Assembly (NCBI GenBank): GCA_000328365.1
Contig: KB301608.1
Location: forward strand, 59,525-123,524
From: Capitella teleta
Lineage: Eukaryota
Reading direction: 5' to 3'
DNA length: 64,000 nucleotides
This document shows positions 25,971 to 37,170 of the stretch, one piece after another; position 1 is the first letter of the stretch, and every line of letters begins with the position of its first letter. The notes beneath the pieces were generated by a model. The model saw only the letters and a list, made by a program, of their open reading frames with translations, had not been told where the DNA came from and ran no database searches. Made by a program: the position numbers and the translations under genes.

Positions 25971-25997
25971 CTATGCTTTTCCTGCGTCCTGCATTGC
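25971..25997 (-). CDS. SUCLG1: SUCLG1 putative short terminal exon (encodes AMQDAGKA, stop TAG at 25971-25973)
   Basis: A good polypyrimidine acceptor, tattctcgttcacag|, lies 62 nt downstream of the exon 6 donor. The encoded tail does not resemble the vertebrate C-terminus, so the true last exon is uncertain. Confidence 0.35.
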   Translation of the reverse strand, partial: AMQDAGKA

Positions 25998-28780
25998 CTG
26001 TGAACGAGAATAAATATCAATTTAAAACTATTTCATCAAAGGTAGAATAAGCTGCCTACCTTTAGCATGGTGCTTCCCATCTGAGCAGGTGAACGGGTGA
26101 CCAGAACACCGGCATTCTCCAGTGCAGCTATCTTCTCCTGGGCACCTCCCTTGCCGCCAGAGATGATGGCGCCAGCGTGACCCATGCGGCGTCCAGGGGG
26201 GGCGGTCAGTCCAGCGATGAAGGACACGACTGGCTTGGCGTTAGGACCCTGCAGGAAGAGGAGCTGAGTGGGGTTCATGCATAGGTGACATCACTTACTG
26301 AATTGTGTTCCTTCAAGAAATCGGCGGCTCTCTCTTCAGCCTGGCCTCCGATCTCTCCGATTAAAACGATACCTTAGCGAGGAAAAGTAGAATATCAACC
26401 ATTGTACAAACAAAATCTACAAACGCACCCTCTGTCTCTGGGTCCTTGAGGAAGACGTCGAGGCAATCAATGAAGTTGGTTCCATTGAAAGGATCTCCTC
26501 CAATTCCCACGCAAACAGTCTGGCCCAAACCAACAAGAGATGTCTGGTGAACAGCCTCATAAGTGAGGGTACCTGATCTGGACACAATGCCTAAGGAAAA
26601 CAAAGGGTGTCACAGCACAGATCCAGTCATCCAGCAACACAACTGACCAATTTTACCAGGTTTATGGATGTGGCCAGGCATAATGCCAATTTTGCAACCA
26701 CCGGGCTGTAATCAATAAAACAGGTCCAGAATATCATCACAATTGACAATACAACACCAACCTGGATGATGCCGGGGCAATTGGGGCCAATCATCCTGGT
26801 CTTGTCTTGTCTGAGCAGCTTGTACTTGACGCGGACCATGTCTTGTTGAGGAATACCTTCAGTGATAACCACAACCAGACCGATTTCAGCGTCAATAGCT
26901 TCCTCAATGGCAGCGGCCGCAAAGCGAGGAGGAACATAGATGACGGACGCATCAGCCCCTGTGGCTTCCTTGGCGTCCTTTACAGATGCAAACACCGGAA
27001 GGCCAAGATGGGTCTGTCCAGCCTTGGCAGGCGACACACCTCCGACCATCTTGGTGCCATACTCAATGGCTTGCTGGCTGTGCACTGTGCCCTGTCGACC
27101 GGTGAATCCTTGGCAAATGACACGCGTGTCTTTGTTGATTTTCAAGTTGGGTCTTGAGTTATGGTAGATCTTGGTGCTGGCAAACCTTGCACCTAATGGC
27201 TGTCCTGAAAAAGAGGAGTATTCAGCTCTAAATCCAAGCATTGAGTAGTTTCCAAGAGAATATCCCATTGATAAACACAGTGAAGAAGAGTGATTGAAAT
27301 GTTCAATAGACATAATACTGACTCAAAGTTAAGGCCGAGTTAAAGACTATCAGAATGTTTGAGCCCAACAGTCACACTGTCACAGCTGAGTGAGACTGTG
27401 ACATGGTCAGATCCACTTCACGACACGGCTAAAAAATAAAGTGAAAATTCAAATATGCCCGGTGTCGAGTGAACAGGGAATTTTTACTTGCCTCAAACAT
27501 GATGTAAATTTACAAAGAAAATGAGTGAAATTAAAACTCAAGAGACTCAGGAGTTGATCCATGTATACATGAAAGAAATGAGAGCCATCTTCCAGTTTAT
27601 GGTCAGCACACTGAATGGTAAGAATCGCCATCAGCACACTGCCCAACTATTATGTATGAACCACCAGCAAAAAATATAAGGGTGCGAAGAGGTTATTTAG
27701 TTAACTGAAGGAGTGTATGTTCTTTTGTTTGAGCTAAAAAAAAAAAAAAAAATTATATGCAGTGACTATTGATCCAGCAACAAGAACAATATTGTATTAA
27801 CTATTGTTCTGGCGATCTTATGGAGGCTGGTGTTTTCAAGGCCCTTAAGTTAACACTGACTCTGGGATTAGAGCCTCAAAAAACACTAGCTTTAATGTGA
27901 TCTTTGGAACAACACTTTTTTAAGTTGTCTGATCAATAGTGATAACTATAGACCCATTTTGAAAAAAGAAAAACAAAACATGCCTATTTAGTTTTGTGAT
28001 ATATATATTCACAATGAATATTAACTATTATTTCAACCAAGTCAGCTGACAAGTGACCTGCCATGGAATAATCATTGAATGATTGGAGCACCTTTAGAAA
28101 CTATAACATTTTTGCAATCATACAATGGGGGTGAGGATACCCCCTCTCACACTAAAAATGAGTTTTTTTGGGGACATAGAATATGATAGATGATAGAAAA
28201 TAAATAGGGGCTTGTGTTTTGGGAAAAAGTTAGGACATTTGTCTATGACCTTCTAGCCTTCTCTTGAATCTCTAGATTGCACTGTAACGCAGGTATCAAC
28301 ACTGTCACCGTGAACAACAAATGACAACTGTCAGTAACTGTCACTACTCACTGTCACTGTCACTGTCACTGACTAGTGACTGGCTGAGTGGGACTATCAC
28401 TTCTCAATCACCTGGTGTTAACACTTGATTGGCGCCGGACCGACTAATGACTAACAGGTATCTTCAGCAGGGTGTTCAATTACCTCAGAACTGTGACAGT
28501 CTCAATCTCGGTTATGACAGTGACACTCAATTGTCAGTGACACTGTCATTGTGACTACAAGAGTTGCTAAGTTGTTGAAGTTCAAGGGCAACGGACAAGA
28601 GCAAATTATTGAAATTAAAGGCTAAAATGACAATAAAATTCGATGATACCAAGTAAGTAGGATTCAGAAGATATGGAGATTACGATGCAATGGTTGTTAC
28701 AGCAGTCATTTCTATATTTATATATAAATTCGGCGATTCTTACCAGCCAGGCGAGCAAAAAGTCTGCTGGTCGCCGCCAT
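25971..28780 (-). CDS. SUCLG1: succinyl-CoA ligase [ADP/GDP-forming] subunit alpha, mitochondrial, gene-level span. Exons: 28744-28780, 26762-27204, 26648-26705, 26429-26590, 26299-26372, 26060-26248, 25971-25997.
   Basis: The seven exons have consistent phases and give ~329 aa. Conservation with SUCLG1 is very strong: '[47 protein letters not shown]', '[17 protein letters not shown]', '[14 protein letters not shown]', '[44 protein letters not shown]', '[38 protein letters not shown]', '[44 protein letters not shown]'. Confidence 0.85.
26060..26248 (-). CDS. SUCLG1: SUCLG1 exon 6 (ligase-CoA domain)
   Basis: Acceptor cttcctgcag|, donor AAG|gtaggc. The exon encodes '[63 protein letters not shown]'. 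Confidence 0.8.
26299..26372 (-). CDS. SUCLG1: SUCLG1 exon 5
   Basis: Acceptor ctaag|GTATCG, donor TCA|gtaagt. The exon encodes '[24 protein letters not shown]'. Confidence 0.8.
26429..26590 (-). CDS. SUCLG1: SUCLG1 exon 4
   Basis: Acceptor ttag|GCATTG, donor GAGG|gtgcgt. The exon encodes '[13 protein letters not shown]...KDPETEG'. Confidence 0.8.
26648..26705 (-). CDS. SUCLG1: SUCLG1 exon 3
   Basis: Acceptor cag|CCCGGTGG, donor ATTG|gtcagt. The exon encodes '[20 protein letters not shown]'. Confidence 0.75.
26762..27204 (-). CDS. SUCLG1: SUCLG1 exon 2 (CoA-binding domain)
   Basis: Acceptor tttttcag|, donor CAG|gttggt. The exon is 443 nt with a phase 1 start. Confidence 0.8.
28290..28560. 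repeat. Inverted arrays of a TGTCAC/GTGACA hexamer motif (hairpin-forming) in SUCLG1 intron 1
   Basis: The stretch 28300-28385 is rich in tcactgtcactgtcactg. The stretch 28480-28560 carries the reverse-complement motif gtgacagtgacactgtcattgtgac. This is seen directly in the sequence. Confidence 0.6.
28744..28780 (-). CDS. SUCLG1: SUCLG1 exon 1 (start codon; presequence start)
   Basis: ATGGCGGCGACCAGCAGACTTTTTGCTCGCCTGGCTG followed by gtaaga. This '[13 protein letters not shown]' looks like a mitochondrial targeting peptide. Confidence 0.6.
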
Positions 28781-29134
28781 GTTCCCAGAGTGCATCAGCC
28801 GGAAGATACGGAGAACGAGATCACGAGAACTGAGAGGTAATCTCGCGAGATGTGAATGATGCTTAAAATAGCTCTAATGACGTCACCAAAGGTGTTGCAC
28901 CATTGCAGGTGATTGCCCAATGACTTCGGTTGCAAATATAAACATGTCAAGAAACTGATGCACTGCAACCGGCTCAATCAAGGAGTGTCACCGACTGTTT
29001 GAGGTTCGGTGAATACCAACAGACAGGTAGGCGTCCATATATATGCTGGAAGTTCATGTTATTTCATTTATTTCAATTAATTAATCAATTCACTATGCCA
29101 GTATTCTGAGTATAATAAATTAATATTTATCTGA

Positions 29135-29204
29135 CATACTAAGTATGTTAGCTAAATATTAATATATTTAATATATTAATATTTAGCTAACATACTTAGT
29201 ATAC
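29135..29204. repeat. Near-perfect ~33-bp-arm palindrome (AT-rich)
   Basis: catactaagtatgttagctaaatattaatatatt is immediately followed by its reverse complement aatatattaatatttagctaacatacttagtata. Confidence 0.8.
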
Positions 29205-29406
29205 TTATATTTTATACTTAATATTACAGTATGATACTTAGATACTACAGCGACACCGAGGTACGCAGACCTCACCCCGATTTATCTGTGCTAATTAATG
29301 AATAACCTTTGGCGAGGAAATCGCGAGCAGAGCAAGGAAAGGAAGACAGATAGCCGCGATCATTCGAAGGACGTTTACCTACCTCATATAGTACCTGGAT
29401 GAAGAG

Positions 29407-29730
29407 ATGTTCAGAAGGCTGTTCAAGGCACTAGTAAGACCCCACCTGGAGTATGCGGCTGCTGTGTGGGCGCCACACCTAAAGAAGGACATCAGGGAGC
29501 TCGAAGATGTTCAGAGGAGGGCTTCCAAGCAGATACCAACACTCAAGGGCATGGATTACCCAGGGAGGCTCAAGCGCCTGAAGCTGCCGACCCTGCAACA
29601 CCGCCGCAGACGAGGAGATCAGATCGAAATATACAAAATTCTGACAGGATTGTATGACATTCAACCCTCAAAATTCTTTAACATAGCTACGAACGATCGG
29701 ACAAGGAGGCAGGCACTGCAAGAAGTTTGA
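29407..29730 (+). mobile_element. 3' fragment of a non-LTR retrotransposon ORF2 (CR1/jockey-type reverse transcriptase C-terminal tail)
   Basis: The 107-aa ORF contains 'PHLEYAAAVWAPHLKKDIRELEDVQRRASKQIPTLKGMDYPGRLKRLKLPTLQHRRRRGDQIEIYKIL'. This is the characteristic conserved C-terminal motif of CR1/jockey-clade LINE RT proteins. There is no upstream RT core, so the copy is truncated. Confidence 0.6.
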
Positions 29731-30192
29731 GAAGGTCAGAGCAAGAACATCCCAACGACAACACACTTTCAGTCACAGAACCATTAATGATTGGAACTCA
29801 CTTCCAGAAGATGTTGTCATAGCCCCAACACTAAACAGTTTTAAAAACCGCCTCGATAAATTTTGGAAAAATAGCGCCTCTGTGCACAACACTGTCTGAA
29901 AAGAAAGTGTTTACAAATCTTTCATCTGGATCTGATCCTCGGGAGACATATGTCTCTGCAATCAGTATCGCCTAAGTAAGTTAATATTTAGGCTCGTATT
30001 ATTATTATTATTATTATTTTTTTTTTTTTTTTTTTTTAAGTGAGGGGGAACTTTTTATTGTATTTCGAATCAAGCTACTAAGGTAGCCTATTCTCATTAT
30101 ATGCACATGTCAGCATTTTTCTTCCATTAAATTACTTTTTGGTTATAGTTTGAAATTTTGGGAGTACCCATTTGTCTACTTCGAACACGACC

Positions 30193-30364
30193 ATGGCAGC
30201 ATCTACTGGTTCGATTGTTCAAACTGTGACTGAAACTGACGCAGAGATAGAAGAGCTGAAGTCCAAATACGCAGGGAATGTCAAAGTTATCCGTGACATG
30301 GGCGACTTCAAGTTCATGATTGATGTAAAGACTGTCAAAGTGACTCTAAAATTCCAAATTGATG
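30193..30364 (+). CDS. RWD-2H gene exon 1
   Basis: From the ATG to the donor GATG|gtaagc. The exon encodes the first half of the RWD domain. Confidence 0.6.
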
Positions 30365-31741
30365 GTAAGCAAGTTTTGTTTGTTTTTCTTTTTCTTATAC
30401 TAATTATTTAACTTTTCATATTTTCCAGGGTCTTATCCCAACACTGCACCCCACATTATTGTAAGATCCGATCAGTTGTCAGTTCAGCAGAAAGATGAGC
30501 TGATGCAGGCCCTCACAAGCAAATCCTCCATCCTCTTGGGTCAACCAATGCTCTGTGCTTTGGCAGCTTTTGCTGTGTCAGAGACAGAGGAGATTCCTAC
30601 TATTGAATGTGTGAAACCAAAAGTGCAAAGAAAGAAGAAAGAGAAGAAAGGAAAAAAGAAATTTGAAGACAAACCGTTGGACACAAAACTGCCGTCCCTT
30701 CGCACTGCAGAGGACGTTATTTCTCGCATCCATTGGGACTCAGAGCTGGACAGGGAACATTTCATTGTTGGGTATCTCGATAGATTTCTCGGAGTCATCG
30801 AGAAAGACTTCAACCAGCTTTCTTGGGAGGACATCGCAAGCGTGGATTACGACACTCTGGCTGTTCCAAAACACAGGATTCAATATTTCAAGTACAAAAA
30901 GATGAAAGTTTGGGACAAGAATGAAAAATTGGATTTGGTTTTTGGTTCTTATGGATGCAATAAAACCATCCATGAAGTTATTCTTGAGTACAAAGATGAC
31001 GATCATGAAGAAGAAAAGAGAGAAATCGAGGAACATCTCGAAAGGGCGACAGATGATTCTGATAGCGATGATGATATCGTGATCACCACTGGATGTGAAG
31101 AGAAAGCTGGAAAAATGACACCAAGAGAAAAATACTGGGGAAAGAAATTGCGCCCAACGCATTTCTTGGCTCTAAGGATCACAAATCCCGCTATACGAGA
31201 CATGGTTTCTGAGGTTCAGAGCGACATCCTGGATAAGATCAGCGATTATGCGGATGGCATCATTCCGTGCGAACGGCTGCACATCACTCTCTGCTGCCTC
31301 GGTTTGGACACAGAGGAAGCTGTCATGAGAGCGGCCGATAAATTGGAATCCCTGAAAGCCGAGTTGTCAGCTTGGCAGCCACAAGAGATTGAAATCAATA
31401 TAGAGGACGTCGATAACTTCCACAATAACTGCTTGTACGCCAAAGTAACACAGAATCAGAATTTCCTTGATTTCGGAAATTTCTTGCGCACTAAAGTTTA
31501 CGATATGGGAATCGACTGCAGAGATGTGTTTGACTTTGTGCCTCACATGACTCTGCTGAAGTTACCCAGGCAGAAGTTCAAGGAGAATCACACCAGATAC
31601 TTTGATGCACGAATGTACACCTCGTACTTGGGAAAGAAATTCGGAACACAAACCGTTGACAACATTCACTTGTGTTCGATGTCTGACAGCAGGTCACCTG
31701 ATGGCTTCTATGAGTGTGCAACGAGTATTCACTTTCCTTGA
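30193..31741 (+). CDS. Uncharacterized protein with N-terminal RWD domain, central MJ1316/DUF504-like module and C-terminal 2H phosphoesterase (AKAP7/LigT-like) domain. Two exons: 30193-30364 and 30429-31741, ~494 aa.
   Basis: ATG in a gaccATGG context. The donor GATG|gtaagc lies at 30365 and the acceptor ttttccag| at 30428, with phase 1 consistent across the junction. The RWD signature is 'EIEELKSKYAGNVKVIRDMGDFKFMIDVKTVKVTLKFQIDGSYPNTAPHIIVRSDQLSVQQKDELMQALT'. The two H-x-T/S-x motifs, 'HITLCCLG' and 'HMTLLKL', are spaced ~90 aa apart as in 2H phosphoesterases. The central 'RIHWDSELDREHFIVGYLDRF...VPKHRIQYFKYKKMKVW' resembles the MJ1316/DUF504 RNA cyclic-end recognition domain. That call is from memory of the family and carries lower confidence. 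Confidence 0.65.
30429..31741 (+). CDS. RWD-2H gene exon 2 (stop TGA 31739-31741)
   Basis: Acceptor ttttccag|GGTCTTATCC. This is one long ORF (the ORF track gives 30476-31741) extended 5' to the acceptor. Confidence 0.65.
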
Positions 31742-31807
31742 AATATTCACTGATGATGGGAAAGGACTGATGAATTTTTATTTAAATTGATATTACAATT
31801 GTTGAGA

Positions 31808-31813
31808 AATAAA
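31808..31813 (+). terminator. polyadenylation signal AATAAA downstream of the RWD-2H gene
   Basis: An AATAAA hexamer lies ~70 nt after the stop, in an AT-rich 3' region. Confidence 0.35.
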
Positions 31814-32968
31814 TAGTCTAATATTTGTTCATAATGATATGGTGTTTATTAAATTTTGTGAAAATATTTCAGAGGAAAATAAGAGCTAAAAATCAAGAGT
31901 GACTAGAGGAGAATTGTGCTAATATTTTTGCTATGAAATATTATCCGGTTAATGCCTGCACCAGGCAGGATTGCCACCCTGATAAGGAATGAATAAGATA
32001 ATGAAAAAGCGAGATGAATATCATTTGATGCTAAAAAATATTTAAAACACAGATAAAAATTAATGCACAAATTTGCAACAAAATCACACAGGAATATTTT
32101 GACAATATTATTTTATACTCTTATACAATGTATTAAAAAAAAAACAAGAGATCAATCTCACATAACATATATACTGGCTTTTGTGTGTTTCACTTAATTA
32201 CACCTTTTAAGTTTAAAATGCATACTTATACTATTCTAAATAACATAAGTGAAGGATATCTTAAATTAAGAAGAGATTGCATTCAAGTATTTTTGAAAAA
32301 TAGCTCTTGCTTAACTTTCACTTAAATAAAATCTTGTTTGTTTTGTACAATCTGAATCCAAAAAACTACATGATAATTAATCTTGTTTCCACCGCAGGAA
32401 ATTAACATTTCCGAGTTCATCTCCAGTCACCAGGAGGCAGCAGTTGTTTTGTTTCATGAGGTGAAGAGAAAGAACGGGAGACTTGCAGAAGAACTGACCG
32501 ATCTGAAGGACATGTAAAATACAATCAGATACCCTGAGAAGCAAGGCTTACCTTCATAATGGTGAAAAATAATTTTTATTATATATACCATATATATTTT
32601 ATAAATATTTTAGAGCAAACTCTGTAAATCTTTGTATAGACTATATCGCACGATAGTTTTAACCGGCGAGCGATATCAAATATTTTCTTCAACATCGCGA
32701 GCGAACGTTGTATCTGATATCAATCTTTTTCTCAGCTTTATATGATAAATAAACCTGACAAATTCAATAAATTGGTTAAATATACATCGCACATTGCACT
32801 ACAAGCATGTAACTCATTACTCGAAGCAACGGAAGTGTTGACGATTGACCCAATTCACATTTCACGGGAATCGCCTTTGAGCTCACAGGCCAGCTAGTTG
32901 CGCTATGGCCACAGTAACGGTTTGCGTAAATGAATGAAATAATTATTTATTTATTTTCTTATTATTTC

Positions 32969-33004
32969 TTATAGTTTGTCTTATAGTTTGTCTTATAGTT
33001 TGTC
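32969..33004. repeat. 12-bp tandem repeat (TCTTATAGTTTG)x3
   Basis: Seen directly in the sequence. It lies just downstream of the TEP1 3' end. Confidence 0.8.
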
Positions 33005-33151
33005 GAGCCCAATCCTAGCATAGAGGCACAGCCATTATGTGTGGACTGCATAGCACACTAATTGTTCAAACCAAGAAAGCAGTCTTTCAGACTCTGTCCC
33101 ATAGTTGAGCAGTGAAATTTGGAGGATCAACTAAGAGCAATTCCGACGCCA

Positions 33152-36100
33152 TTAATATCGCACCTGGTCGAGTGTTGGGTTCCATAACTTGAGCGTTCCA
33201 TCAGCACTCGCAGTCACAATTGTGCTTCCATTGGTGGCACAAGCGGTTATTGCTCCGTTGTGGGCCTTGAAATGATACGTACGAAATAAAGCAACAAAGA
33301 GCGCAATAGTTCCACAGACCAGTTTGGTCACGACAGAGTTTGCGTCAATTTTGGTCAGCTGTCCATTCAGGTCGCCCACAACTGCCCAACGATCAAACAC
33401 AGCTACGGAGGTCAGCCAGTTGGCCTTTGACCCTTGGTTGTACTTGATGACTTTGGTACATTTCGAATTTAATTCGATTCCATTCTGTCAAATTACACGT
33501 TGAAATTAATTCATATTCAGATTTACAATCTTACTTCGTTAGAGTTGAAATCAATTAGCTTGATTTTCTCATCCGCACTGCATGTTACCAAAGTCCGGTA
33601 ATTTGCGTCAGCAGCCAAGATCCAGTCAGCATGGCTGAGGACAGGAAGAAACACAGTAATGATTGAGTACTGATTGAGTACTTTCAACTCACCCAGCGTA
33701 TTCACTTATGTTTTTCAACTTCATTATTTTCATATCCAACAGAGAAACATCTCCCGCCCATTGAGTTGCCACCACAAATGCAGTCAGCGGAATGCTCTTC
33801 AGAGAAGTAACAGGACTTGGAGATTTTTTCGTGCATTTCAGGCTGAATTTCCGAGAACAAAATTATTCAGATGGCAATTAAAAATAAAACTTGTTAATTG
33901 AGAGCACTCTGGTCTGGTGTCCCAGCAGAATATCAAAATTTAGGAAAGTGTATTTTCTTGCACCACTCACAGAATTTTGAAGTTTCCTTCGACTTCTTTG
34001 AAAGACCACAAGCGGATGGAGCAATCCATGGACGCGGTTGCCATGGTGTCGAAATGCAGCGCAACAGCCAACACCTCTTTATCATGAGCCTGAATCAAAA
34101 AAGACAACTGAATGTGGAAGCAATAATGATTAGGTGATATACTTGAAGCGTCAACTTTGGCTGAGGTTTAGGAGAGTCGGCGTCAATTGTCCAAATGCAA
34201 ATCGAACCATCGCTGAAAATATTCGATAATTCAAAATTGCTAATGAGATGGACATTTCTGGACTTACCGACTTCCAGTGACCAGAGTAGAACGGAAGGCG
34301 GCCATTGCTGACACGGGAGCATCGTGGGGAGATGGGCAGTGCTCAGAAGCACGGGGAATTTTCCACAATTTGATTTCGCCATTGATGGCCGATGAGCAGA
34401 GGTTGTTATTGGAAGAACAACTCACAGAAGCCACAGCTTTCGAATGTCCATTCAGGGAAGCAATTTCGTTTCCCTGTTAATTGGGAAGCAATGATAAAAA
34501 AATTATTAAATGTAATTTGCTAGGTATAGAGTAAGCATGCCTGGAGAGGGAGCCACAGTTTGGTGGAGCCATCATCAGAGCATGTTGCGACTAAGATTCT
34601 CATCACTTTGACGTCTCGTTTGCCGAGTTTATTGACATCATGTTTGGCTTTCCATTCCTCAAGTTCTATCTCAGTGGCCCAATCTGATATCTCTTCTTCA
34701 TTCTTCTCTGAGAGAGAAAAATTGTAAAATGTAGACTAACAAATATTCCAAAATATGAGAGAAAATCCTCTGGAAAATTCCAAAGATAACTGACCTTCAA
34801 TTTGCTCAACCTGGACGTGGATATCACAGCCATTGACCCTCTGCGAATGACCGTGCAGTGTGGTGATCTCGGTGCCCTTGTGCGACCATATTTTTACAGT
34901 GCCATCCAGGGAGGATGAAACGATGCAACCGAACTGCAGAAGCCTCAATTAGTGAGATGGAATATGAAGGAGGAAACACAACACCTTGTATGCCACGTGC
35001 GAAATAATCGCTGTGTGCCCCACAAGCGTCAGCTTCTCTTTCTGAGATTTAACATCCCATAATTTCAGGCTGAAGTCATTTGATCCCGTCACCTGCAAAA
35101 TAAATATGAATTAAAGGTAATTTGAGGAGGTGAATATTTTTCAGTCATTCAAATTAGCAAACACGGAATAATGAATGATTCTTACAATGAAATCGCCTGT
35201 GTTGGACCATGCGACCGTGTTGATCCAGTCAGCGTGACAGGCAGGAAGGGAAGAAGCCACAAAGGGCTCAGACGCAGACTCTAAATCCCAAATGTGTATA
35301 TCCTGCAATAATTAACAGAGATCGCTGAAATAAAATTAAATACTCAAACAATCGCAAACCATATCTCTGCCTCCAGTAACAAGCTGTGTCTCATCCTGGT
35401 TGAGGGCGCAGCACGAAATGACCCCATCGTGACCTCTGAGAACGAATTTTGGCTGGCACCTGAAGGTCATAAGGTTAAAATTATGGCAAATAAAAGTTAT
35501 TAACACGTCACAGTGATTGCTTCTTTCCTCCAGAGAGGTCAATAACTCGGAAGATCCGGGTTTCCGAATCCTCAGAAGTTGACACCAGATAGCGATCTCC
35601 GAAAGCTAAACAAGTGATTGGTTTTGTATGACCCTCAAGCAGAGCACCAGTGAACAGCTGAATGAGAAAAACTTTTGCTAAAAGAGTTAATGTTAAGAAC
35701 AAGAACTCACTCTGATGCTGGCGTCATCCGAGCCGGAAGCAATGCACTCCCCATCAGGACTGAAAGCGAGGGCCCTCACGGCAGCAGAGTGCAATTTCTG
35801 TGTTTTCAGCAGACATCCTTAAAAAGAGCAAGATTGCTGAGGAGACACAGATCATCATCATCGATATCATCGATACCTGAGAGCACATTGTACAGCAGAA
35901 CATGACCCTCATGACATCCACAGGCCAAGCGAGTGCCATCGGGAGAGAAAGCGGTGCTGCTCACTCCCCTAGCCCCTTCCTCCTCACTCAGAGAGAACAG
36001 AATTTTGCCGAGGTGCCCAGACCACACCTATGGAATACACACGTGGAGAGAGGGCGGAGATTATGAGTGCTATTCTACTTTGATCTTGCAGTCATCAGAG

Positions 36101-37170
36101 GCAGTTATGAGCCGAAGGCCACAGGCATCGTAACAAAGTTTGTTGATCGGCAGATGATGACCTTTCAACAGGCCAACCTGGGAAGAAAAAAATTGAGACA
36201 AGAGGAAAAGAGATGACCAGCGGTACCTGAGTTCCGTTGAAGGATGACCATAACTTCACCTCCCCATCCAGGGCAGCAGAGGCCACGTACGATCCACATG
36301 GACTGAATGCCAGGTCTCTCACTGACGTCTGATGTCCCCTCAGAACCTGTGAATATAACAGAGATAGCGAGAAGAGCAAAGAGGTCAGCCATCTCACAGC
36401 CACACGCTTCTTGTGAAATACATCCCACATCCTGATGGCAGAGTCCCAGCTGCCAGTGGCGATGACGTTCGAGCTATTTGGGTTGAAAGCGACGCAGTTC
36501 AGAGGGCGACTAAAGAGAGACGTTGATACAAAAAGGGAAGGGGCCAGAGGCCAAAGCGACTCACGGTTCTCCCGTGAGGAAGCCTTTTCCTTCACCCGTC
36601 TTTGCATCCCAGATCCTGACTGCCGCGTCCCATCCCACAGACACAATCCAGTCTGCATTGCACGCACAAGCGGTTACTCTTCGCTTGTGTCCTTTCATGA
36701 CTGCAATCCTGCAAAACAGAAGAAGCAAAATTGAGGTGTAGTTTAATGTGCATCATGAGGTTACCTGTGGCCGTCACGCAAGCTCCACAGTGACAGCGTC
36801 TTATCAATGGACGCGCTGCACAGTAGGCCAGAGCCAGTGAAACATATCGCTGTAATTGGGTCAGAGTGACCTACAAAGCTTTGCAACTCCTGGAAAAATG
36901 CATTGCAATGAGTGAGTACTTGAATGTGAAGCGTACCTTGCACGTCTGCATGTCGTACAAGCGAACAATGTTGTCAAATGTACCAACAGCGAAGCAAAGA
37001 TTGTCCTTTGACGCTGCAATCGTGGAAATCCTCTGTCCAGAAGAGAAAGAAATAACTATTGGCACCAATTAAGAGGAGATTGAAAAGTTCACTGACCTCC
37101 TGGGGGTTGTACATGGTGAAGACACAAGGGTCAGCCACCCTTGGACGGTTTGTCCATTCAATCAGAGACA
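33152..37170 (-). CDS. TEP1: TEP1 WD40-repeat exon block (many short exons; stop near 33152)
   Basis: Numerous minus-strand ORF fragments carry WD40 signatures ('GH...C..FSPDG..LA.G..D..V.LW', 'SADGTLKLWNP', 'GSWDSAIRMWDV'). They are separated by short introns. Confidence 0.7.
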
